In this document: positions 1 through 7,082 of the stretch, piece by piece
Numbering within the stretch: position 1 is the first letter of the stretch
Layout of the letters: every line of letters begins with the position of its first letter
Assembly: GCA_016930515.1 (NCBI GenBank)
Contig: JAFGGO010000064.1
Span: 1-11,574, forward strand
Direction of reading: 5' to 3'
Source: Promethearchaeota archaeon
Lineage (GTDB): Archaea > Asgardarchaeota > Lokiarchaeia > Sigyniarchaeales > SOKP01
Length of the DNA stretch: 11,574 nucleotides
Notes under the pieces: model-generated
Seen by the model: the letters and a program-made list of their open reading frames with translations, nothing else
Told to the model about the DNA's origin: nothing
Databases searched by the model: none
Translations under genes and position numbers: made by a program

Positions 1-30
1 AGAGTAAGTAAAGCACTTGGAAGAAAATAA
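1..30 (+). CDS. 3' end of a gene entering from the left (RVSKALGRK-stop), product unknown
   Basis: Frame 1 reads AGA GTA AGT AAA GCA CTT GGA AGA AAA TAA, followed by AT-rich sequence. Only 9 codons are visible. Confidence 0.35.
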   Translation, partial: RVSKALGRK

Positions 31-151
31 AAAATACAGGACTCTTCTGATAGAAAAGAAATACAAAAACTATATTCAATGAACTTAATTGTAAAGAATC
101 TGACGAGGTTCACAGCAAAATATCTTGCACTTTATAAAAATCTATGCTATC

Positions 152-752
152 TTGAAAATTTATAAAAGTAATATTGTTACTAATAAGGCAAAAACAATAA
201 AAAGATCAATTTTAACGATATTGTTCTTATTTTTTCACATCCAGTTTTCGAATTTTCCCTTTTCAATTTACCTGGACGAAAAACCTGACTATTCAGTAGT
301 CTAAAATAATAATAAAAGATCAATCGAATACCTTGAAAATAAATTCCAAACATAGGACAAAATTATTCTTGGGAGAACGATGGAATAATTATTTGTAATG
401 AATATGTTTCTGCTTTTTATCTATATTAATTCTGCAAAAACCTTGGGATTGGAAGGTGTTGATATTGTAGAGAATCTAATAATAATGAATTTATATTATG
501 GATTGGGTTTCTTAATTTAAATTCAATCCTCTGTTTTTCAAGCAAGGAACAATTGATGTCATAATGAACTATAACGCAATATGTATAATGAAAGATGTGT
601 CCAGAAGAATAATTCATTCTTTCCCTCTAGATTATATACATCGTCTAAAAAAAGAATATTTCGGGGATTCTATCCAATTTGTTTACTTTCTTATAATAAT
701 GGGATTTTTATTTATAGTTCAAATTCTTAAAATTTTTAAATTGATTAATTAA
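152..752 (+). pseudogene. Possible decayed gene for a secreted, C-terminally anchored protein
   Basis: TTG at 152 opens a 50-aa frame with a basic then hydrophobic signal-like segment (KAKTIKRSILTILFLFF), stop at 302-304. A fragment in another frame reads IPNIGQNYSWENDGIIICNE. ORF 564-752 ends in a hydrophobic helix plus basic tail. No intact long ORF. Confidence 0.25.
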
Positions 753-885
753 CTTTATCAAATAACTTTTTTGAACACTTACAACGAGGACACTTGAAGC
801 TATTTTCGTCCAAATTTTCAAATGGTTTCTCGTTCTTTTCATCAATATAAAGGAAATTACATCGCTTACATCGATATATTGCCAT
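745..885 (-). CDS. Rubredoxin-like small protein, 46 aa (MAIYRCKRCNFLYIDEKNEKPFENLDENSFKCPRCKCSKKLFDKVN)
   Basis: Translated by hand; absent from the ORF track. ATG at 885-883, TAA at 747-745, GAGGTGA RBS at 902-896. Pattern YxCxxC..Y...F..L....FxCPxC..K..F is typical of rubredoxins. Starts 26 bp after the oxidoreductase stop on the same strand. Confidence 0.85.
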   Translation of the reverse strand: MAIYRCKRCNFLYIDEKNEKPFENLDENSFKCPRCKCSKKLFDKVN

Positions 886-911
886 TAATCAATATTCACC
901 TCTATTTTTTA

Positions 912-2267
912 TTATTCAAAGCGTTCTTTTTTATAATTCTTTTTTGGAGCATTGCATTCTGGACAAGTCCAATCTTCAGGCAGATCCTTGAATAAAACTT
1001 CCATTATAGCCTCATCGTAAACTGCCCCACAACTCAAGCAAATCCATTTGTATAAGTTGATGGCTTTCCGCAATTCCGCTTCATTTATCGATTTCTCGAT
1101 ATTTTTCGTCACATATGATATAGCTTCATTTTCTCCAAAAAGAATAGCACCTTTTAGGTTATTGTCTTTAAGCACGATTTTCTTGTAACATTTTTCTTTC
1201 GAATCCATACCCTTAAGTATTTGCCATCCCGCACCGATGGTATCCTTGTCCTCAAGATCAAATATACCAATAGAAGTGAGGTCTATTCCCATGATTTTAA
1301 GCGTGTTTTTAGGCACGGTTCCATTGTATTTTATTGAGTGCTTACCAACAATCGAATTTGCGACTATTTTCGCCTGATCAATGCAGGCAGGAATGATGCC
1401 CCATATTTGTCCCTTGAATTCTATGCAATCTCCGACCGCATATACATCTTTTGCGCTCGTCTCTAAAAGATCGTTAACAATGATTCCTCGATTGACTTCG
1501 AGTCCAGAATTTCTCGCTAAATTAATTGTTGGAGTAATTCCCGCTTGAATAAGAACGAGTTCAGCTTTGAGGAAATCTCCCCCATTTAATCGCACGCCTT
1601 TTACTCTATCTTCTTCAATAAGGACTTCTTCAGTTGAAGCATTTAAGACAACCTTGATACCCATCGATTCTATCTTATCTTTAAGTAATCCCCCGCAATC
1701 AACATCCAGTTGCCTTGGTAAAAGCCTTGGAAAAAACTCAACTACAGTTGTGTTCAATCCACAATTTTTTATTTGATTTGCGAGTTCTAGCCCCAACAAT
1801 CCACCGCCTATTATAAGGGCATTCTTGACATCTTCTTGGTCAATGAATCTTTTAATACTTTGAGCGTCTTTAATGTTACGTAAAGTATAAACACCTTTTC
1901 CTACCATGTTGGATGCATTCTTAATCGGAGGGATATTTGGCAAGCTTCCAGTTGCAATAACGAGTTTATCGTAAGAAACGGGATTTTTAAATCCATCAAT
2001 TGAGATATCTTTATTCTCAAGATGTATGCTTGTGATAGTTTTATCCAAGAATTGCTTGATTTGGTTTTTATCGTACCAGTCTTCTTTAAATACGATTAAA
2101 TCCTCAATAGATATCTTTTCCGAGATGACTTCGGGAAGTTTAACTCTCGTGTAATAGGAATGGGTCTCGCTTGAGTAAATCTCTATGTCCGCTTCCGTAT
2201 CAAGGTTTCTTAGATATTGAGCGGTAAAAGTCCCAGCAACGCCGTTTCCAATGATAACGATTTTCAT
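912..2267 (-). CDS. NAD(P)/FAD-dependent oxidoreductase (NirB N-terminal/rubredoxin reductase type) with fused C-terminal rubredoxin domain
   Basis: FAD motif IIGNGVAG, ATGS motif, NAD motif IIGGGLLGLE, ETSAKDVYAVGD. C-terminal WICLSCGAVYDE...FKDLPEDWTCPEC is a rubredoxin signature. Confidence 0.92.
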   Translation of the reverse strand: MKIVIIGNGVAGTFTAQYLRNLDTEADIEIYSSETHSYYTRVKLPEVISEKISIEDLIVFKEDWYDKNQIKQFLDKTITSIHLENKDISIDGFKNPVSYDKLVIATGSLPNIPPIKNASNMVGKGVYTLRNIKDAQSIKRFIDQEDVKNALIIGGGLLGLELANQIKNCGLNTTVVEFFPRLLPRQLDVDCGGLLKDKIESMGIKVVLNASTEEVLIEEDRVKGVRLNGGDFLKAELVLIQAGITPTINLARNSGLEVNRGIIVNDLLETSAKDVYAVGDCIEFKGQIWGIIPACIDQAKIVANSIVGKHSIKYNGTVPKNTLKIMGIDLTSIGIFDLEDKDTIGAGWQILKGMDSKEKCYKKIVLKDNNLKGAILFGENEAISYVTKNIEKSINEAELRKAINLYKWICLSCGAVYDEAIMEVLFKDLPEDWTCPECNAPKKNYKKERFE

Positions 2268-2346
2268 AGGTTTATAACTGTGAACATCTTATATTAAACT
2301 TTTTATTATTTTACATGAATAAGAATATCTCGATTTTATTTTAAGA

Positions 2347-2356
2347 GAACATGTTC
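2347..2356. promoter_or_regulatory. Palindromic putative operator GAACATGTTC in the oxidoreductase/cooS divergent promoter
   Basis: Perfect 10-bp palindrome, repeated identically (with following GA) at 5158-5167 in the next divergent promoter. Confidence 0.65.
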
Positions 2357-2479
2357 GATAAAATCGTTATATCAAGTAGTCGGTTATGTTTCATTGATCA
2401 TCTACAAATTATAAATAAAAATAATATTAATCAAACAATCTTACACGATTCTTAAAAAGAATAAAAGTGGTGAAATAAT

Positions 2480-4384
2480 TTGGAAAAAGAAAGAATTTCC
2501 TATCACGATACGGTCTTAAAGCTTTACGATAGGATTAAAAAGGACGGAATTACCAATATATGGGATAGATATGAAGCACAAGGGTTTAGCGGAGATCCAG
2601 ATAAAAGATGCCCGTTTTGTCTAAAAGGAGCGAGATGTGATCTATGCTCCAATGGCCCTTGTAGGGCAGACGCTTCCATTGATAAACGTGGCGTTTGTGG
2701 GATGACATCAGACGGAATGGCAATGAGGATGATGCTTCTCAGGAATGTGATGGGCACATCCACCTATCATTACCACACGGAAACTACCTTGAGGACGCTT
2801 AAAGCAGTCATTGATGGAAAATCTCCGTTTAAAATAAGCGAACCTGAAAAGTTAAGGAAATTCGCCTCCCGATTGGGGTTAAATGTTTCTGGGTCCGAGA
2901 TTCAGATTGCATCGAGACTTCACGATTTCGTCAAGGAGGATTTCAATAGACCTTTTACCGAACCAAGCAATATAGTTGAGAAATTAGCACCCTTGGAAAG
3001 ACAAGAAATATGGAAAAAAATTGGTATTTTTCCTGGCGGATTGTACGGTGAAATGATGTTCTCCACCAGTTCTTGCCTTACAAATGTGGACGGATATTAT
3101 ATAAGCTTGGCGTTGAAGGCCATGAGGCTTGGCATCGCAATGGCCTATCAAAGTCAAATCGTTAACGAGTATACACAGGACATATTGTTTAATATTCCTC
3201 GACCACACGAGATGCGGGTGGATTTAGGCGTGTTAGATCCCGATTACATTAACATCTTACCGAACGGACACGAACCCTTCTTGGGGTTTGCAATGGTTCA
3301 GCTAGCTCGCAAGCCCGAGTGGCAGGAAAAGGCCAAAGCAGTTGGTGCTAAGGGTTTGAGGATAATTGCAAACATCGAAACAGGCCAAGAAATGATTCAG
3401 AGATGGGAAATGGATGATGTTTTTTACGGTTTCACGGGTAATTGGATCATGCAGGAGGCGCTTCTTGCGAGCGGATGCGTGGATGTTTTCGTATGCGACA
3501 TGAACTGCTCAATGCCGATCGATCCGATATATGCAGAAAAATACAAGTTCAAGCTAATACCAGTCTCTGAAGTAGTTGCGTTCCAAGGCGTTGAAAACCG
3601 ATTGGATTACGTTCCAGAACTGGCAGAACAGCAAGCAGCAAAATTGCTTGAAATGGGGATCGCAAATTTCAAGGAAAGACGTGATACTGTCGATCCGATA
3701 ACGGGACTGACTATTAACAATGCTGTAGTTGGTTTCTCCACGGAAAGCATACTCGAAGCGCTTGGTGGCACGCTTGAACCTCTTTTAGGCGCCATAAAAA
3801 GCGGTACGATACGAGGAATTGCGGGATTAATCTCATGTACGACTCTTCGTGATTCTGGACAAGATGTGCATTCGATTGCTGTAGCCAAGGAGCTCATCAA
3901 GCGAGATGTCTTAGTGCTTTCAATGGGATGCGGAAATGGCGCTATGCAAGTTGGAGGGCTATGCTCTCCCGAAGCCAAGGAATTAGCAGGTCCTGGTCTA
4001 AAGGCTCTATGCGAAAGACTTGGAGTCCCTCCAGTTCTAAGTTATGGGACGTGTACTGATACGGGTAGGGTTGCTGACCTGATCGCCGCCGTTTCAAGCG
4101 CTTTAGGGGGCGTTCCAATCCCGGACCTACCTATCGTGGCTGCTGCACCGGAATACATGGAACAGAAGGCAACGATCGACGCGATTTTTGCGCTTGCGTT
4201 TGGTCTTTATACCTATGTAAATCCAGTTCCCACTGTAACGGGAGGTCCTGACTTGGTAAAGCTTCTCACGGTCGACTGCAAGGACGTTACAGGTGGAATA
4301 ATGCATGTGGAAACGGACGCAAAAGAAGCCGTTGACGCAATGCTCGTTCACATCGAAGCTAACAGAAAAAAATTAGGAATTTAA
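2480..4384 (+). CDS. cooS: Ni,Fe-CO dehydrogenase catalytic subunit family (prismane/CODH fold), divergent hybrid-cluster-like type (CooS-V-like)
   Basis: TTG start with GGTGA RBS. D-cluster CPFC (C44,C47). B-cluster C53,C56,C61,C73. Active-site positions H264 (NGHEP), E300 (NIETG), C343, C453, C484, C525, and EQK (E561, K563). GFSTE motif; 634 aa. Confidence 0.92.
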   Translation: MEKERISYHDTVLKLYDRIKKDGITNIWDRYEAQGFSGDPDKRCPFCLKGARCDLCSNGPCRADASIDKRGVCGMTSDGMAMRMMLLRNVMGTSTYHYHTETTLRTLKAVIDGKSPFKISEPEKLRKFASRLGLNVSGSEIQIASRLHDFVKEDFNRPFTEPSNIVEKLAPLERQEIWKKIGIFPGGLYGEMMFSTSSCLTNVDGYYISLALKAMRLGIAMAYQSQIVNEYTQDILFNIPRPHEMRVDLGVLDPDYINILPNGHEPFLGFAMVQLARKPEWQEKAKAVGAKGLRIIANIETGQEMIQRWEMDDVFYGFTGNWIMQEALLASGCVDVFVCDMNCSMPIDPIYAEKYKFKLIPVSEVVAFQGVENRLDYVPELAEQQAAKLLEMGIANFKERRDTVDPITGLTINNAVVGFSTESILEALGGTLEPLLGAIKSGTIRGIAGLISCTTLRDSGQDVHSIAVAKELIKRDVLVLSMGCGNGAMQVGGLCSPEAKELAGPGLKALCERLGVPPVLSYGTCTDTGRVADLIAAVSSALGGVPIPDLPIVAAAPEYMEQKATIDAIFALAFGLYTYVNPVPTVTGGPDLVKLLTVDCKDVTGGIMHVETDAKEAVDAMLVHIEANRKKLGI

Positions 4385-4390
4385 AAAAAA

Positions 4391-4585
4391 TTATTTTTTC
4401 TTTTTTATTTGATATACTCCATCTGATAAAAGCATGAAGTGCAGTTTTCCGTATTTATATACTTTATCGACCTTGTTATTTTTTGCGATTTCGATAAATT
4501 CTTCCCAAGTTTTAATTTTGACAATCCTACCGGCTTTCATTACATTGGTAACTTCAAGAATTTTAAAATTCTCTGTCATTTTCAC
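4391..4585 (-). CDS. Small basic hypothetical protein (62-64 aa)
   Basis: Protein-like composition on the purine-rich strand; converges on cooS with a 6-bp gap. No recognisable motif. True start may be the ATG at 4579. Confidence 0.55.
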   Translation of the reverse strand: MKMTENFKILEVTNVMKAGRIVKIKTWEEFIEIAKNNKVDKVYKYGKLHFMLLSDGVYQIKKKK

Positions 4586-4753
4586 TTATTCCCTTTTCCT
4601 TTTATTTGTATGGTTTTCATTTTTTAATTTTACATCTAATTTAGATATAATTATATAAATATTAATTTTTTTTTTAAGCAATCACGAATCTCTCTGTCCA
4701 TTATACTTCAAATGGAATATATTCTTCTCAAAAAAATGAAAGATATTTACCTT

Positions 4754-5092
4754 CTAAAGAATCTTTGTTTCTTCCATAGGAGTTGGCGTTTTTATTACTA
4801 AGAATCGGAATGGCTTGCCAGAATTGTTCGAAAGTTTATGGGGGATCCTTGCGGGGCTAAAAACCAAATCGTCCTTTCTTACGAGTTCTTTTTCGTCACC
4901 AATTTCGATTTCACCTTCTCCTTCAATTATGTAAAAGTTCACATCTACGGGAGTGACATGTTTTTTCACGGCTTCTCCCGGTTTTAATTTGATGTGTACA
5001 ATAGTGGCGTGTTCAAATTCCATTAATTTTCGCACGTCAACTCCGTGGGGAGTTTGGGCGATATTTACTTCATTCATGTTTACAATTTTCAT
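4754..5092 (-). CDS. Cupin domain protein (Cupin_2)
   Basis: LKPGEAVKKHVTP..FYIIEGEG and VFSPARIPHKLSN cupin motifs; GAGG RBS upstream of the ATG. Confidence 0.9.
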   Translation of the reverse strand: MKIVNMNEVNIAQTPHGVDVRKLMEFEHATIVHIKLKPGEAVKKHVTPVDVNFYIIEGEGEIEIGDEKELVRKDDLVFSPARIPHKLSNNSGKPFRFLVIKTPTPMEETKIL

Positions 5093-5157
5093 ATTTCAAC
5101 CTCAATTATTTATTTTTTTAAAAACATTAATATTGAAATTGATAAAAAAATTTTTGT

Positions 5158-5167
5158 GAACATGTTC
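5158..5167. promoter_or_regulatory. Palindromic putative operator GAACATGTTC in the cupin/ferredoxin divergent promoter
   Basis: Identical to 2347-2356. A related copy, AAATATATTC(GA), follows at 5176-5185. Confidence 0.65.
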
Positions 5168-5238
5168 GAAATAAAAAATATATTCGAGCCGAAGGTATAT
5201 TCATCTAAAGAACAAGAAATAAATGGAATTGACTTTCA

Positions 5239-5994
5239 ATGACGGAAGCCAAGAAAAAAGTAATAAAACGAAAAATAATTGAAATAAATGAAGAAAAATG
5301 CACTGGTTGTGGACAATGCGTTATTGCCTGCGCTGAAGGTGCTCTTGCCATTATTGATGGAAAAGCAAGAGTCGTAAACGATGTATTTTGCGATGGTTTA
5401 GGTGCTTGTATTGGTGAATGTCCTGAAGGCGCTTTAGAAATTATTGAACGGGAAGCCCCAGATTTCGATGAAGAAGCAGTAGAAAAATACTTGGAAAGTA
5501 CTTCAAAAACTAAAAAAATCCCAGAAGATAAATCCATCAATCAAGGACATGTTTGTAATTGTCCCTCTTCAGCACCAATAGTTTACGACCAACCATACGA
5601 GGAAATCGATGGCTCTGATCAGATTCTATCTGCTTTGCGGCAATGGCCGACAAAACTATCTCTAGTTAATCCAAATGCACCATATTTCAATAATCAAGAG
5701 CTATTAATTATATCTGATTGCTCCCCCGTGGCATTTGGCGATTTTCACAGGAAAATTATGAAAGGTAAGCCTCTTGTCACCGTCTGTCCCATGTTAGGAC
5801 TAGGAGAACTCGAGTTGAATAAGTTAGAAGAAATTTTAAAAAGTAACCCAATCGAGCACGCGGAAGTAATTCTAATGGAAGTGCCTTGTTGTCAGAAATT
5901 AAAAATCTTTTTGGACCCAATCATTGGAAAGATAGATCGGGATATTTCAATCGAAGAAAAGATTATTTCTCGAGAAGGTAAGATAATCAATTGA
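5239..5994 (+). CDS. 4Fe-4S dicluster ferredoxin-domain protein with C-terminal Cys-containing domain (FrdX-like, family often adjacent to hcp)
   Basis: CTGCGQCVIAC and CDGLGACIGECP ferredoxin motifs, CNCP, family motifs LRQWPTKL.LV.P.APYF, SDC..AFGDFH, CPML and MEVPCC. Confidence 0.85.
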   Translation: MTEAKKKVIKRKIIEINEEKCTGCGQCVIACAEGALAIIDGKARVVNDVFCDGLGACIGECPEGALEIIEREAPDFDEEAVEKYLESTSKTKKIPEDKSINQGHVCNCPSSAPIVYDQPYEEIDGSDQILSALRQWPTKLSLVNPNAPYFNNQELLIISDCSPVAFGDFHRKIMKGKPLVTVCPMLGLGELELNKLEEILKSNPIEHAEVILMEVPCCQKLKIFLDPIIGKIDRDISIEEKIISREGKIIN

Positions 5995-5997
5995 TAA

Positions 5998-6053
5998 AAT
6001 TTTATTTTTTCGGACCTATTTTTATTTTTCAAATCTGGTTTTTTTATATTTTT
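5998..6053 (+). terminator. T-tract terminator region between convergent ferredoxin-domain and regulator genes
   Basis: Several runs of 4-7 T immediately after the TGA TAA stop, typical of archaeal intrinsic terminators. Confidence 0.4.
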
Positions 6054-6112
6054 AGCAATATTATAATCCAAATAAGTCATATCAATATATAGATTATAAT
6101 CAAGAGCATGTT

Positions 6113-6769
6113 TTATTTGTTGAAAACTACTTTTTTCTTAATGATCTTTCTCATCATGACGGAGAGCGCGGATTTAGATTTACCCAAATCGTTTGCGAGC
6201 TCTTCAAGCGATATTTTCCGGGGAATTTCGAAAAATCCTGTCTCTATTGCTTTATCCAAAACGGTTGATTCCTCGAGCGTGAGTTTATTCGAATCGTCGT
6301 TGAGATTGTAGGGGGCCCTACCTAAACGAAGTAATTCGAAATCTAAGCCTTTCTGTTCGAATAACGAGAGCAGCTTGTCGATGCGTTCCCTTGAGGCAAT
6401 AAGTCTCCAGTAAGCATTACCATCTCTCACATTTACAGGAAAGTTAACCAGCACGCCGCATTTAATAACAGCGTATAATAAGTAGGGATCTTTTGTTTTC
6501 ACATTAAATTTCACGCGAGTGTCTTCTCGCTCCATCAGGTTAAATTCAAATACGGAAGGATGGTTTTTAATTACTTCGATAATAGCGTCGATTTTATGGT
6601 ATAAAATTTCAACGATCGAATTTCCAATGGATTTCTCCAAATCGTAAGGAAGAAAATATTGAATTTCCATCTTAACATCCGGAAATTGGTTGTAAATCGT
6701 TGCTATCCAAATGTCTTTAGGAAATTTTATTTTTATTCGAGCGAGAGATGGTTGAGTGCCACCGTTCAT
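6113..6769 (-). CDS. Transcriptional regulator with C-terminal HTH_10 (bacterio-opsin activator-type) domain
   Basis: C-terminal LTLEESTVLDKAIETGFFEIPRKISLEELANDLGKSKSALSVMMRK matches the LT..Q..L..A...GY(F)..PR...L.ELA..LGIS pattern of HTH_10. The N-terminal ~160 aa is a putative effector domain. Confidence 0.88.
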   Translation of the reverse strand: MNGGTQPSLARIKIKFPKDIWIATIYNQFPDVKMEIQYFLPYDLEKSIGNSIVEILYHKIDAIIEVIKNHPSVFEFNLMEREDTRVKFNVKTKDPYLLYAVIKCGVLVNFPVNVRDGNAYWRLIASRERIDKLLSLFEQKGLDFELLRLGRAPYNLNDDSNKLTLEESTVLDKAIETGFFEIPRKISLEELANDLGKSKSALSVMMRKIIKKKVVFNK

Positions 6770-7082
6770 TGCAAGTGCTTAAATGATTTGATATTAATAT
6801 TTTTTTATTTTATTTATAATAAAAATTTTACACGGAGTTCTTTTTAGAGTTCCTAATTATAAAATAAAAAATAAAATAAACCGAAAGACATTGAAATAAG
6901 AAAATGCTTGGTTTGATAACTACTAGGGATTTATTTAAGATATTGAGAGAAATATATCGTGGTTCAGAAGAAATTGTTATATATTGAAATGAAGATTATT
7001 ATATTATCAAATATCACTTTCTTAAAGAATCTGTTTTAAGTTAATAATGGGGAATTTTTTGTAATAAACGAGGTAATATAAT

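Noticed and set aside
196-324. Direct repeat AAAAGATCAAT at about 200 and 314
   Set aside because: Only two short AT-rich copies, with no CRISPR periodicity or IS-end structure.
400-409. GAATATGTTT, a near match to the operator motif (also GAGCATGTTT at 6104-6113)
   Set aside because: Imperfect and not upstream of a supported gene start; expected by chance at this composition.
426-617. 63-aa minus-strand ORF
   Set aside because: No motif or clear RBS; likely spurious in AT-rich DNA.
912-2267. Annotation as nitrite reductase NirB
   Set aside because: Only the FAD/NAD domain is present; there are no BFD-like 2Fe-2S or siroheme domains.
2347-2356. GAACATGTTC fits the p53 half-site (RRRCWWGYYY) and resembles the Firmicute SOS box
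   Set aside because: No p53-like gene is present and the context is prokaryotic. The SOS box is GAAC-N4-GTTC whereas this has N2. Treated as coincidence.
2480-4384. Evidence for carboxydotrophy or a Wood-Ljungdahl pathway
   Set aside because: Key C-cluster and catalytic residues are substituted, and no cooC, cooF or ACS genes are in the window.
5992-5997. TGA stop as possible selenocysteine read-through
   Set aside because: It is immediately followed by in-frame TAA and is not at a Cys-like motif position; no SECIS-like hairpin was noticed.
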